DNA of 64,000 bases from a virus. This document shows, piece after piece, positions 1 to 10,905 of the stretch. A model generated the notes under the pieces. The model saw nothing but the letters and a program-made list of their open reading frames with translations. It had not been told where the DNA came from and did not search any database. Within the stretch, counting starts at the first letter, position 1. The number at the start of each line of letters is the position of its first letter. Position numbers and translations under genes: made by a program. Location of the stretch: the IMG/VR virus record IMGVR_UViG_3300020171_000022, positions 2,449 to 66,448 of that record; one strand, 5' to 3'.

Positions 1-455
1 CCAGTATTAGTCCCAGTATTTCACCATCCGTATCACCAAGTGTGAGTCCAAGTCTTTCTCCATCAGCTTCAGTATCTCCATCAATAAGCCCAAGCGTTAG
101 TCCATCGATTAGTCCCTCAATATCACCATCTATTTCTCCGTCTCTAAGTCCCAGTGCATCAATATCCCCAAGCGTGAGTCCAAGTGAAAGTCCGAGTTTA
201 TCCCCTTCGGCTTCCATGTCGCCGAGTGTTTCTCCCTCAATTTCACCATCAGTAAGTCCATCGTTATCACCATCGGCGAGTATATCTCCATCCATCAGTC
301 CTTCTGCATCACCTTCTGAAGTACCAGGGGAGGATGTCGGAAATTATTATTTCGGGCAGGAAGAAGTAAGGAGTAATCCTCAAAGTTATCCAATAGGGGA
401 TTCATATTATTATGACCAAATATATGTAGCCCAGGAGATTCAACATTATGTCTGA
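1..455 (+). CDS. C-terminal part of a Ser-Pro repeat virion-region protein (5' end lies outside the window)
   Basis: (SPS[V/I/L/A/E])n tract open from base 1; short Tyr-rich tail; stop overlaps the next start. Confidence 0.75.
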   Translation, partial: SISPSISPSVSPSVSPSLSPSASVSPSISPSVSPSISPSISPSISPSLSPSASISPSVSPSESPSLSPSASMSPSVSPSISPSVSPSLSPSASISPSISPSASPSEVPGEDVGNYYFGQEEVRSNPQSYPIGDSYYYDQIYVAQEIQHYV

Positions 456-1356
456 ACACTTTTTAAATATTAAGGCATTTTTAGGAACTGATAATACTTC
501 CGATCTTGCGTCGGTAAGTGTCCCACGCAAGGCTGGATTATTCTTTTATAAACTTGATAATGTGGATATTGACGATAACGGTAAGCCTCACCGAAGAGAT
601 GGATATGGTGATGCAGTTTATTCAGGAAGTAGTATAAGAAATCTGTGGGCGAATGACAAAATACGCTTATTTGCCGATGGAACAAATTTGAAATATCTCA
701 ATTCTAATAATATCTCTTTTAACCTTGTTACCGACATTGCTCTAACTGATACCTTTTCCTATGTGGAATATGGCAATCTTGTATTTTTTGCATCTAAATC
801 AATTGTCGGATACATTAATGCTGATACAGCAACACCCTATCCTTTCCCCGATCCTGCACAGACTTTCAAAGTTAAAATGGTCGGTGGTCAAATTCTTGAG
901 TTCTATAATAGCAGACTCTATGCGGCACATGGTTCTAATCTATTTTTTTCGGATGCAACAATACCTACAAGAATGGATACCCGCAAAAATGTCCTTGCAT
1001 TTCCAAGTCGTATCACTATGGTAAAGGTTGTGGATGACGGTATTTATGTAAGTGATAGTAATGGAGTTTATTTCATGGCAGGAAGAGACCCAATGTCTGA
1101 ATTCGTGCAAAGAAAAGTCCTTGATGTTCCTGCCATCGAAGGAATGTCTGCAACCGCAAAGATAAAGGGTAAGGTAATAAAGAAAACCGTTTACTGGATG
1201 ACAAAAAAAGGTGTTTATGCTGGGTATAATGAAGGTTTAGTATTTCCGCAGCAAAGAGGATTATTTTCTGTTGACGGTTTAGAATCAGGCACAGCCATTA
1301 TTAAAGATGGAACATATCAGCAATTATTAATGATTGGTAAATATAAGGAGATTTAA
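448..1356 (+). CDS. putative virion tail/stabilisation protein (beta-rich)
   Basis: 302 aa, translationally coupled in the structural operon, beta-strand-like periodicity. Confidence 0.55.
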   Translation: MSEHFLNIKAFLGTDNTSDLASVSVPRKAGLFFYKLDNVDIDDNGKPHRRDGYGDAVYSGSSIRNLWANDKIRLFADGTNLKYLNSNNISFNLVTDIALTDTFSYVEYGNLVFFASKSIVGYINADTATPYPFPDPAQTFKVKMVGGQILEFYNSRLYAAHGSNLFFSDATIPTRMDTRKNVLAFPSRITMVKVVDDGIYVSDSNGVYFMAGRDPMSEFVQRKVLDVPAIEGMSATAKIKGKVIKKTVYWMTKKGVYAGYNEGLVFPQQRGLFSVDGLESGTAIIKDGTYQQLLMIGKYKEI

Positions 1357-3290
1357 TGGCAGAATTTAAACCAGCCCAAAGTAGCGATGATTGTTATTTA
1401 AATGGCAGTCTCATCGACTTAACCAGCAATGATCTTCTTTTTGGAGATATTGATGGAGTAAGTCAAGACGCTGGGGTTAGGTTTACCAATGTAACTATTC
1501 CACAAGGAGCAACAATACTAGGAGCATACGTTACATTTCAGGCATATACTTCTTTAAGCGTCGATACATGTATTGTTTTTATAGAAGGAGAAGATGTTGA
1601 TAATGCAGCAACTTTTTTTACTCAGCCCGATTTTGTAGGTAGGGTGAGAACAACCGCCTCTGCAAATGAGGTTATGGGGGCCTGGTCTGCTGATGTTGAT
1701 TATAATTCTCCGAGTGTCATATCTATTATTCAGGAAATTGTCGATAGAGTTGGTTGGGTAAGTGGAAATAATTTAGTCTTATTTTTTACAAACTATTTTT
1801 CAGGCACTGGTGCCTACAGAGATTTCAAATCTTATGATGTCTCTACAACTTTATGTGCTAGATTAACTGTAACCTGGAGTTCTCCGAGCCCAAGTGCATC
1901 ACCAAGCATATCGCCAAGCAGTTCTCCCAGCCTAAGCCCCAGTGCATCTTTAAGTCCCAGTGAATCTCCGTCTTTAAGTCCCAGTGCATCTTTAAGTCCT
2001 TCGGCAAGTATATCTCCATCTGAATCTCCGTCATTATCTCCATCAGCTTCAGAAAGTCCAAGCGAATCACCATCTTTATCCCCTTCTGCATCGTTAAGCC
2101 CCTCTGAAAGTCCTTCGGAGAGTCCTTCCTTGAGCCCCAGTGCGTCATTATCGCCAAGTAAGTCTCCTAGCGTATCACCATCATTAAGTCCTTCTTTAAG
2201 TCCAAGTGTGAGTCCAAGCAAATCCCCCAGCGCATCACCCTCTTTGAGTCCAAGTGCCTCTATAAGCCCTAGTGTTTCACCAAGTAGGAGTCCGAGTATA
2301 TCGCCAAGTGCTTCTCCTTCTCTCAGTCCCAGTGCCTCCGTAAGTCCAAGTAAATCGCCATCAGCAAGTCCCAGTATATCGCCTAGTAGAAGTCCGAGCG
2401 TTTCTCCAAGTATTAGTCCTTCCGAGAGCCCCAGTGCATCGCCGAGTCGTAGTCCCAGCGTTTCCCCAAGCGCAAGTCCATCTTTAAGTCCAAGTGCTTC
2501 AATTTCTCCCAGCAGAAGCCCAAGTATTTCACCAAGTCCGAGTCCTTCTGTCAGCCCAAGCAAATCTCCGAGCAGAAGCCCAAGTGTTTCACCATCTATA
2601 AGTCCTTCTCCGAGCCCTAGTAAATCTCCGAGTGCCAGTCCCAGTAAGTCTCCTAGTGCCTCTCCATCTGCCAGTTGGAGTAGAAGTCCGTCCAGAAGTC
2701 CAAGTGTTTCACCAAGTCCAAGCCCCAGCCCATTGCCATCAATAGTTGTAAGTCCTTCATTGAGTCCAAGTATGTCACCATCCGTCTCGCCAAGCGCCAG
2801 TCCCAGTATAGAACCTGCGGAGACACATAAAGGCATTGCAATGAATTTATTCAATCAGGCCATATCAACTTATAGCAATTTTAATTTCAATTCCATTGCC
2901 TGTTTTAATGGAACATATTTCGGAGCAACAGATACTGGAATATATCCATTAGGCGGAGATACGGATAATGGAAGCGATATAGATTCAAAGATTAAAACAG
3001 GGTCTATGGATTTTGGAGATACGTTGATTAAATATATCAGGGATGTGTGGATTACACATAGAGCAGACGGGTATCTTAAACTTAAAATATTCGTGGATGA
3101 GGATACGACAACTACGGTTGAGAAACAGACCAGTATTGTCAGTGATGAAGTTAGAGAGGAAAGAATTAAACCCCCCCGTGGATTAAAGGGTAGATTTTAT
3201 ACGGTAGAACTTCAGAATATCGGAGGTGCAGACTTTGATATTGATAGTTTGAATCTGCTTGTGGAATCAATTCAAAGGAAGATTCGTTAG
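1356..3290 (+). CDS. virion protein with two globular domains joined by a ~310 aa Ser-Pro linker
   Basis: SPSx tetrapeptide repeats at about 1878-2810; RBS AAGGAG; coupled to the upstream gene. Confidence 0.8.
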   Translation: MAEFKPAQSSDDCYLNGSLIDLTSNDLLFGDIDGVSQDAGVRFTNVTIPQGATILGAYVTFQAYTSLSVDTCIVFIEGEDVDNAATFFTQPDFVGRVRTTASANEVMGAWSADVDYNSPSVISIIQEIVDRVGWVSGNNLVLFFTNYFSGTGAYRDFKSYDVSTTLCARLTVTWSSPSPSASPSISPSSSPSLSPSASLSPSESPSLSPSASLSPSASISPSESPSLSPSASESPSESPSLSPSASLSPSESPSESPSLSPSASLSPSKSPSVSPSLSPSLSPSVSPSKSPSASPSLSPSASISPSVSPSRSPSISPSASPSLSPSASVSPSKSPSASPSISPSRSPSVSPSISPSESPSASPSRSPSVSPSASPSLSPSASISPSRSPSISPSPSPSVSPSKSPSRSPSVSPSISPSPSPSKSPSASPSKSPSASPSASWSRSPSRSPSVSPSPSPSPLPSIVVSPSLSPSMSPSVSPSASPSIEPAETHKGIAMNLFNQAISTYSNFNFNSIACFNGTYFGATDTGIYPLGGDTDNGSDIDSKIKTGSMDFGDTLIKYIRDVWITHRADGYLKLKIFVDEDTTTTVEKQTSIVSDEVREERIKPPRGLKGRFYTVELQNIGGADFDIDSLNLLVESIQRKIR

Positions 3291-3291
3291 T

Positions 3292-4650
3292 ATGGTTGAT
3301 GAATGGATGAAACAGTATCCAAGTGTTTGGGTAACTCGATCCCATATAGGAGATAGGGAATATGCCAACCTGTTCTATGGAGAAGGGAATAAACTTCTTT
3401 ACCAGTTGAAGAATCAGATGAAGTTTAGAGATTTGGGTCAGTTAAAAATGACAAGGTTATTCACGGATGGAACAGTCCTCACTGCCTCTTCTGTATTTGG
3501 ACATGATCAAATTATTATTGATGTGTCTAAGTCTATTATTGTCGAAGTAGATTATTGTTGCCAAAAGGATCCTGCCGCAAGAGAGGTTTTTATCCTTGCC
3601 TTAAGGGAAGTCGTTAATGAATGGAGGGGGGGCTGTGAAGACCGTGGCGATTGTGAAAGTTACGGAGAATGTGATGAAACTTGGGATTGGTGTCCAGTTC
3701 CCGCAGAACTTCCATTTGATTCATTATTAGAAGAAACTTCCTTCCGTGCAAGACCCGAAGAAAAAGTGTTAGGTGAAGGGGAAACAAAACCTCCAGGAGA
3801 TGGATCGTGCCCCCCTTATGTGTGGGAATTTATTAGTTCGGAAAATGTTGGAAGCATTGAACCAAGCGGAGACTTCAAAGAATCTATGGTATATACTCCT
3901 CCAGAAAGTGGTAGTTGCAAAGATGATATAACAATCTCTGTTAAGGATCGATGCGAAACAGTCTATCTGGTACATCGATTACCTTGTTGTGATGAGGCTA
4001 AAGAGCTTGAAATAGGATATACATCCCTACAGATGTCGGTTAATACATCACAAACATTAACAGCAGAAGAGGGTTGTGCGCCATATTCTTGGGATTTAAC
4101 GGTTGGTGGTGGAACACTTACTCCATCTGGGGATACATTAACGGCCCTATATACTGCTCCAAGTTCTAACGTAAATTGCGACCAAAATCCCACAATAGTA
4201 TTGACTGACTGTTGTGGTAAAACTGCACAGATTAAAATAGGAATTGGAGCAGGATCTGATATGGCCGGATATCATTATATATTTCAATTAATTGATATTT
4301 GTTCAGGAGCATGGTGTTATATAGAGGGTTACTGTCCCGAGATGTTTCCTGGTTCAATTTACAGAATAAAAGTTGATATGTATAGAATTTTATGTGATAG
4401 TACGGAAACATATTTTCAAACTTCTTATGATTTTCCCTTTAAATTAGATGGTGGATTTAGCTCAATGCATGTATCACCAGGTGGAGATGATATTTATCAA
4501 ATGTGGAATTTTGCTCCTGGGTGTGGTCTTGGGGAGAGTGTTTGGTTTGGTAAAAATATTTCCACTCCACAAATGAGTGGGGATTTTTATTATGATTCAA
4601 GATCTGCGGAACAAAAACTTAATGGTTGCTGTCCATGGCAATTTGCATAG
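3292..4650 (+). CDS. Cys-rich putative virion protein
   Basis: long ORF with many Cys and CC pairs and Ig-like segments (YTPP, YTAP); ATG immediately after the upstream stop. Confidence 0.6.
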   Translation: MVDEWMKQYPSVWVTRSHIGDREYANLFYGEGNKLLYQLKNQMKFRDLGQLKMTRLFTDGTVLTASSVFGHDQIIIDVSKSIIVEVDYCCQKDPAAREVFILALREVVNEWRGGCEDRGDCESYGECDETWDWCPVPAELPFDSLLEETSFRARPEEKVLGEGETKPPGDGSCPPYVWEFISSENVGSIEPSGDFKESMVYTPPESGSCKDDITISVKDRCETVYLVHRLPCCDEAKELEIGYTSLQMSVNTSQTLTAEEGCAPYSWDLTVGGGTLTPSGDTLTALYTAPSSNVNCDQNPTIVLTDCCGKTAQIKIGIGAGSDMAGYHYIFQLIDICSGAWCYIEGYCPEMFPGSIYRIKVDMYRILCDSTETYFQTSYDFPFKLDGGFSSMHVSPGGDDIYQMWNFAPGCGLGESVWFGKNISTPQMSGDFYYDSRSAEQKLNGCCPWQFA

Positions 4651-4662
4651 TATTGAGGAAAT

Positions 4663-5139
4663 ATGGCCTTTAATCCAGAAATACATCAAGTTAAGTTAAT
4701 CATCATTAAGTGTGGTAAAGCATTGCGTGAAGCCAAAGGATTACCCGAAGAGAAAAACATCACTACGCTTTACGAAGAAGCCTCGGCCATATTAGGGATG
4801 CCTACAATTTCTACGACAACTCAAGATGCTGACCACCTTCCAGCACCACATGAGATGGTGAGGGAAAATGGGACTCCAATTATTCCTCTTAGAAAGTGTC
4901 CCCGGTGTGGAAAAGAAGCAATGCAGATGTTCGGGCTTTGCCATACCTGTAAGGATGCTGAGGGTGAGAATGGCGAAATAGGAAAATATAAGGTAAAGTT
5001 TGAATGTAAGGAATGTCAGTTTCAAGAGAAATCAGATAAACCCATGGTATTATGGCTTCAAGAAATGGGTGTGGACTTTGGGATGATGTCTAAGAAGAAC
5101 CTTGGGATTAAGACCATCACTGATGATGGAATTAAGTAA
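4663..5139 (+). CDS. hypothetical Zn-ribbon protein
   Basis: CPRC, CHTC and CKEC motifs; RBS GAGG. Confidence 0.6.
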   Translation: MAFNPEIHQVKLIIIKCGKALREAKGLPEEKNITTLYEEASAILGMPTISTTTQDADHLPAPHEMVRENGTPIIPLRKCPRCGKEAMQMFGLCHTCKDAEGENGEIGKYKVKFECKECQFQEKSDKPMVLWLQEMGVDFGMMSKKNLGIKTITDDGIK

Positions 5140-5150
5140 GGAGGTGTATT

Positions 5151-6167
5151 ATGGCTACAGCAACGGGATTTCAAAAACGTTGGTTTGCATTTGAGGAATC
5201 AGCGACGATTGTAAAAGAAAAATTTGAGGATGGAAGGTCATATGCGTTAAATGCCTTGAATCAGGCCAATGCAGTTATTGAGGACTTAAGGCAGGTGGGC
5301 AAGACATTAAATATAATTGATATTACCACAAGCATCAATTATATTACCCCTCCCGATTCTGGAAGTTTTACGGGAACCATACCTTCGAGTCCAAATACAG
5401 ATATTAATCTACCGACTGCTCCATCAGATACGGATGATTTACAGTATGTGGTGCGTAGTAAAATCATCAATGACATATCGAATCTATCTGCGGCGATTCC
5501 TGAATCTGTGGAGACTGCAATATTTAACCGTGAGACTGAACGTGCCTTACTGGTTCATCAGAATAATCTTGACAATATTAGTGCAGAATGGGCTAAACGT
5601 GGATTCACTTTGGCCAATGCAATACTGGGTCAACTTTTGGCTCAGGCTGAAATAGATTATGCCAACAAAAGATTGGATATAAGCAGGGATATTGCGATCA
5701 AGAATTTTGAACTTTCAGATGCCAATATCAAGTTTGCCGTTCAACAAGGTATTTCTTATATTGGATATAAGGTAACAATGTACAGCGCTCAAGTGAACAC
5801 CGAAATTGCAAGGATTGACTCGATAATCAGGAAATATCTTGGTGACCTTGATGCTTATAAAACATCAGCCCAAGTGTTTGCGTCTCTGGCTGAGATTAAT
5901 GTGAGGGAATTTGAGGCAGAGTTAAAACAAGAGTTAATGAAGGCCGAGTTGCTTATCAAAAATGTGGAGATAGATATTAAGAATTTTGAGGTAGAAATGA
6001 ATGTGAGATTGGAAGCGGCCAAGTCTATAGGAGGCATTAATTCTCAGGTAGTTGCCGGTGCATTGTCAAGCATTAGTGCATCTGCAAGTATATCGGCTGA
6101 CAACAAAGCTTCGCATAACAGTGCGTATCTGGTTGATTGGAGTTTTTTTGATCCATTAACCGTATAA
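5151..6167 (+). CDS. coiled-coil virion structural or internal protein
   Basis: 338 aa, Ala/Glu/Ile-rich helical; RBS AAGGAGG. Confidence 0.6.
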   Translation: MATATGFQKRWFAFEESATIVKEKFEDGRSYALNALNQANAVIEDLRQVGKTLNIIDITTSINYITPPDSGSFTGTIPSSPNTDINLPTAPSDTDDLQYVVRSKIINDISNLSAAIPESVETAIFNRETERALLVHQNNLDNISAEWAKRGFTLANAILGQLLAQAEIDYANKRLDISRDIAIKNFELSDANIKFAVQQGISYIGYKVTMYSAQVNTEIARIDSIIRKYLGDLDAYKTSAQVFASLAEINVREFEAELKQELMKAELLIKNVEIDIKNFEVEMNVRLEAAKSIGGINSQVVAGALSSISASASISADNKASHNSAYLVDWSFFDPLTV

Positions 6168-6170
6168 TTA

Positions 6171-8786
6171 GTGGAGGAATATATGAGAACAGATTGGTAC
6201 AAGGATGTTAATCCTAATTTGGATAGGTTAGCTCAAATCCTTGGGATGGCTACACGAGGGGGTGGAGGCGGAATGTCTAAACCTTCGCATGGATATACGA
6301 TAGCCGAGAAAGCCCCTGAAGTGGTGACAGCTCCTGGGGTCTACTTTCCTGCGGAAAAGGGAGAAGTTATACCGCTTGAATCCAGACAAGGTGGAGGTAG
6401 TGTATTTCCGTCATCATCCAAAGATAACGATACAAGAAAACTGGATATGCTTGAATCTATCCTTCGCAGTGTAAAACCATCCAATCTTGAGTCAAGGGAA
6501 TTGGGGGGATTGGTCATCCCTCCACATGGTGAACTGGAAAAATTAAAAATAGAGCAATCGAAATATGACATCCTCAAGTCAGCCATATCTGTTCTAAAAC
6601 CACAGGGACAGCAGAAGTCGGCCTCTAACGAACAGGGGCAGAAGAAGTCTCCTTCCAGCGAAGGGGGTATTCCGCTTGAGTCAAGACAGATGGGGGGAGG
6701 TACAAATCCTGGTTTCCGATCTCCAGAAAACCTTTGGGAGAGAAAGCAAATGAGTGATTGGGGGCCTGGGGCAAGCAGAATAGTCGATGGCAAAAGGGTT
6801 CAGTGGCAGGAAGGAATGACTACGCCCTTTGAAGTAAAAGAATCTACGGCAGATAAGGGGATAAGTGAAGGTAAAGGGACAATGTCAATCGGTTCAGAGA
6901 AGTTGGTTGCGGGTGGAAAACCATATTCAATGTTAAAACCGCCCTCTCTACCAGGTATCCCCGAACCTCCTACCGCACAAAGCTATGGGATACAGCCAGA
7001 AGCCACAAAGTTGGGGGTAGCAGATAAGGGAATAAGCGAAGGGGACTTGTTATGGCAGAAGAAAAGGAAGGAAGGTATGGCGGCAGGTCAATGGTCTATA
7101 CCTATGTTCTCCCGTACTAATGGTGGAGGTGTTAATTCATCTTACGGAGTTAGGGCAGATGGCACACAAAAAGGTAAGGGATTTTGGGGAGAGTTGCAAG
7201 GAGCAGAAGGGAAACCTTCAACCGAACTATCCATCGGTGTAAACTTTGACGGAAAAGAGACAGAGATACCAACCCTTGTCCCAACACTAACTCAACAAGA
7301 AATTGATTATTTGCTTGGTGGTGGAAAACCTACACTTGAAATAGTTGATAAAGCGGTGGAACATGCCAGACAAAGAATATTTCAAGGGAAGAGTCCATTC
7401 GCTCAAGAGGGTGAGCAGAAACCAATGACATTTGAGTCAAGACAATATGGTGGCACTGTTACGCCTCCCGATGATGAAAACGAACGTAGAAAGAAAGAAT
7501 TGGCGGAACTTATGACACCTCGTGCCGTTTCAACGCCTTCTCCTACACCTGAAATATCGATTCCTGCAGGACTCAAAGGGTTTATTACAGACATAAAAGA
7601 TACGCCGGCTGGGAGGGTTTATGCGGGGCCAGAAGGACAAGCGACTGTCGGGCCTGAGAGATTCTTTCTTGGAGATAAAGAAGTTCCCGCCGGAACTCCA
7701 GGGGCTATAAGTGGAGAAATATTAGCAAAAGAACAGTTATCTGCTGATATAAAGAAACAGGAGTCAGAGAGAGAATTGATTGCGAAAGGTATGGGTTTTG
7801 GAAGAGACCTTGGATACTGGGCGGCTCATCCAGAAGAAAAGGCAATGTATGATTTTGAGCAGATGCTTAGTAGGGGCCGTTATGCTGCCCCCCAACGTGC
7901 TGAACTTACAAAGCAATATATTGAGAGCAGGGAAGTAAAACCAGCAAAAGCACCTGCTCCTCATTTAGTCCAAAATGAAAAAGGTGAATATGTATGGGCG
8001 GTTCCTGGGGGAGTATTACCTGCTGGAATTATGGGAAAGCCACTGACTGAAACTTTACCAAGTTTTCAAGAGTATAAAAGAATACCTGGGAATGAAGGCA
8101 AAACTTATGAAGATTTCAGGAAATGGGAAACAAGTTTAAAAGAAAGAGAAATAGTGCCTTCTGGTATACGTGAATTTGAAATGGCGAGTGGGATGGAATC
8201 CACCAAAAGAGGGACTCCTGAGTATAGTAAATCTTATTTAGAGTTTCTCGGCGGGAAAAAAGAAGCAAATCCACTTGAACAAAAAAAATTGGGAGCAAAT
8301 TTAAGAAAAGAATTTAACAACTTACAACCCGTAAAGGATTATAGAGATATTGAAACAAGATTTAATATAATGGGCAAAGCAATAAAGGAATCTGAAATTA
8401 CTAAGAATTTTGTAGCCGTTGATCAGGCATTAATTACTATTTTTAATAAGATGACTGATCCCCAATCTGTTGTTAGGGAAAGTGAATATATCAGAACACC
8501 ACAGGACTTAGCGCTTTGGAATAAGATTAAGGGAAAGGTTTCAAAGATGGCTGCTGGTGGTGCTGGTCTAACTCCTGATGACAGGAATGCATTATACATA
8601 ATGGCAAAACAGTTTCAAATCGCATATGAATCGAAATTTAAGGAACTTCGGAATGAGTATAGGGGATATGCCGTAGATTATGGTCTTGATCCAGAGACTG
8701 TAATTAAATCAAAGACGGAAGTTGTAAAGAAAAAGGATTACAAATCTATGAGCAATGAGGAGTTATTGAAAGCATTGGAGGAATAA
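6171..8786 (+). CDS. putative internal virion (ejection) protein with repeated ESRxxGG motifs
   Basis: 871 aa, Gly/Pro/Glu-rich, position typical of podovirus ejection proteins. Confidence 0.6.
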   Translation: MEEYMRTDWYKDVNPNLDRLAQILGMATRGGGGGMSKPSHGYTIAEKAPEVVTAPGVYFPAEKGEVIPLESRQGGGSVFPSSSKDNDTRKLDMLESILRSVKPSNLESRELGGLVIPPHGELEKLKIEQSKYDILKSAISVLKPQGQQKSASNEQGQKKSPSSEGGIPLESRQMGGGTNPGFRSPENLWERKQMSDWGPGASRIVDGKRVQWQEGMTTPFEVKESTADKGISEGKGTMSIGSEKLVAGGKPYSMLKPPSLPGIPEPPTAQSYGIQPEATKLGVADKGISEGDLLWQKKRKEGMAAGQWSIPMFSRTNGGGVNSSYGVRADGTQKGKGFWGELQGAEGKPSTELSIGVNFDGKETEIPTLVPTLTQQEIDYLLGGGKPTLEIVDKAVEHARQRIFQGKSPFAQEGEQKPMTFESRQYGGTVTPPDDENERRKKELAELMTPRAVSTPSPTPEISIPAGLKGFITDIKDTPAGRVYAGPEGQATVGPERFFLGDKEVPAGTPGAISGEILAKEQLSADIKKQESERELIAKGMGFGRDLGYWAAHPEEKAMYDFEQMLSRGRYAAPQRAELTKQYIESREVKPAKAPAPHLVQNEKGEYVWAVPGGVLPAGIMGKPLTETLPSFQEYKRIPGNEGKTYEDFRKWETSLKEREIVPSGIREFEMASGMESTKRGTPEYSKSYLEFLGGKKEANPLEQKKLGANLRKEFNNLQPVKDYRDIETRFNIMGKAIKESEITKNFVAVDQALITIFNKMTDPQSVVRESEYIRTPQDLALWNKIKGKVSKMAAGGAGLTPDDRNALYIMAKQFQIAYESKFKELRNEYRGYAVDYGLDPETVIKSKTEVVKKKDYKSMSNEELLKALEE

Positions 8787-8787
8787 A

Positions 8788-10905
8788 ATGCCTGACTGGG
8801 AAGCCTACAAAGAAGCCTATGACAGAGGAGTTTTATCTGAAGAGAAAAAGGGTTTATATGAAGAGGCCATAAAAAGAAAATTAACTACAGGAGAACCGAC
8901 AACTTTACAACCTATTCAGGTAGGTGAAGAACCTGCTGGTGGTATGTTTGGTCTTCTTGGCAAATTAGGACTCAAAGAGAAACAGTTCATCACACCTCCG
9001 CCACCAGGAGGGCCTATTGAAGAACCCGGACTTAAACGCCCAGATATTGTCAGTGATCCAGTAGATGTAATACAAGGTATTTTGACTGGAGGAACTCTTG
9101 GGTTACTGAAAACCGGAGGAAAATTAACAAAGCCTGTTGCTGAAGAAGCATTGGCTTGGGCAACTTACAATGCTCCCGCTTTGGCCAAAAGTATCTATAA
9201 AGGCGTTTCTGGTGTAATCCCTGGTCTTTCTGCCAAAGCATTAGAGAAAACCATTCCCGTAGAAAAAGCTGCTCCGATAGCAATGCAGGTAGGAGAGAGT
9301 TTTCTTAGTAAGATTATACCTGGAATGGCTAAAGCAACCACCCCAGAAATGCAAGGGATTATTGATTTAGCAAAGAGAGAGAAAGTTTCAATCCTTGCTC
9401 CAGATGTTACGGGAAATAGAACACAAGCTCTTCTTTTTAATGCAGCGGATAAGGCAATAGGCGGTGCTGGTGTTACCCAAAAGGCAGCGGCAAGAACAAT
9501 TCAGGATATGAATGCTTATGGTCAAAGGGTTTTATCTGGATTGGGAGGAGAACTTGAAAAAGCTGGTTTAGGTGAAGTGGCAAGATTTGGGATGAAGACA
9601 AAATTTGATCCAGTAGAAAAATTTGGAGATAGTCTCTATGATATTGCAGCAAAAGAGGCAACAGGAACTCCAACGATCTTGAGTAATACTACAAAAATAG
9701 TAGATGAAATTAGGAAAACAAAAGATTTTCAGTATTTACCTGGGCCAATAAGATCAGTATTAAATAAAGTTTTTTCTGATATTAGTCCAGTTGCTAAAGT
9801 TACCGCTGGTACAAGATATGGAGGTATGCCACAAGATATTTTGGCTAAACTTCAAGAACAGGGAATTAGTAAAACAATGGATTTCTCCGAACTCGAATCT
9901 ATCCGAAGGGCTGTCTCAAAATTATCCTTTTATAAAGAAATCTCAGGGGATCAAGGTAATAGATTTGCCAAACAAGTTCTTGTGGCAATAGATAAGGATA
10001 TGGATTTAGCTGCCGCCAAGGCTGGTACACTCGCAAAGTCAGCTCTTGATGATGCAAGAAAATTCCAAAGGGAAGAAATATTCGGAGTATTTAAGGGTGA
10101 AACAGCATTAGGTAAGCCCTCCATTGGTAGAAGGATTTCCACAATTCAAAATGAGGATTTCCTAACTATTATCTCAAAGGGGAATCTAACAGAATTAAAA
10201 GATATGAAAAAGGTATTGCCTGAATCAACCATTCAAAATGTTAAGCAGGCATGGCTAACCGATTTGTTCTCTCGACATCAAAAAGACTTAATGACACCAC
10301 AGGGTATTGTAAAAGTTTTAAATGTTCCGGCGGCGGGTAGAGAAATAGATAAATTTGGGGATTTATACCTTAAAACTTTATTCAATAAACAAGAATTTCA
10401 AATGATAGACAACTTCAGAAAATTGTCTCAGCATATAGGGGCTGCCGAAAAAATAGCGGGCAACCCATCTGGTACAGCACAGACCATATATACTATCCAA
10501 CTAATTACAGGAGGATTATTGGCTGGATATGGGACATGGAAGGAAAGCCCTGTAAGTGCCGCCACGGGGTTAATTCTCACATTTGGAGGCCCCTATGGTA
10601 TCGCCAAATTTATGACATCCCCGACTGGATTTAGATATATGACTACAGGGATCGAGAAATCTCCTCTAATTAGGGATATTATTACTCAATCCCTAAAATC
10701 TGCTGCGATTGCGGGAACTCATGCAAATATAGATATAAGGCAAAGAGCTAGTATACCGATGGGAAAAACACCAACAGAATCAACCCAGATACCGATAATA
10801 CCAAGAGCAACCGGAGGCCCTGTTTCTCCTACGATAATAAAGAGTTCTATTGACAATATATTACCATTTGGTATTATATCTACAAGGGGGGCATTAAATA
10901 AGTGA
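8788..10905 (+). CDS. putative DNA transfer/ejection protein
   Basis: 705 aa, Ala/Gly-rich, NPSGTA followed by hydrophobic helices; last gene before the lysis module. Confidence 0.6.
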   Translation: MPDWEAYKEAYDRGVLSEEKKGLYEEAIKRKLTTGEPTTLQPIQVGEEPAGGMFGLLGKLGLKEKQFITPPPPGGPIEEPGLKRPDIVSDPVDVIQGILTGGTLGLLKTGGKLTKPVAEEALAWATYNAPALAKSIYKGVSGVIPGLSAKALEKTIPVEKAAPIAMQVGESFLSKIIPGMAKATTPEMQGIIDLAKREKVSILAPDVTGNRTQALLFNAADKAIGGAGVTQKAAARTIQDMNAYGQRVLSGLGGELEKAGLGEVARFGMKTKFDPVEKFGDSLYDIAAKEATGTPTILSNTTKIVDEIRKTKDFQYLPGPIRSVLNKVFSDISPVAKVTAGTRYGGMPQDILAKLQEQGISKTMDFSELESIRRAVSKLSFYKEISGDQGNRFAKQVLVAIDKDMDLAAAKAGTLAKSALDDARKFQREEIFGVFKGETALGKPSIGRRISTIQNEDFLTIISKGNLTELKDMKKVLPESTIQNVKQAWLTDLFSRHQKDLMTPQGIVKVLNVPAAGREIDKFGDLYLKTLFNKQEFQMIDNFRKLSQHIGAAEKIAGNPSGTAQTIYTIQLITGGLLAGYGTWKESPVSAATGLILTFGGPYGIAKFMTSPTGFRYMTTGIEKSPLIRDIITQSLKSAAIAGTHANIDIRQRASIPMGKTPTESTQIPIIPRATGGPVSPTIIKSSIDNILPFGIISTRGALNK

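Noticed and set aside
1832-2854. 340 aa Gly/Leu-rich - strand ORF (also 63339-63758)
   Set aside because: Shadow frame of the Ser-Pro repeats.
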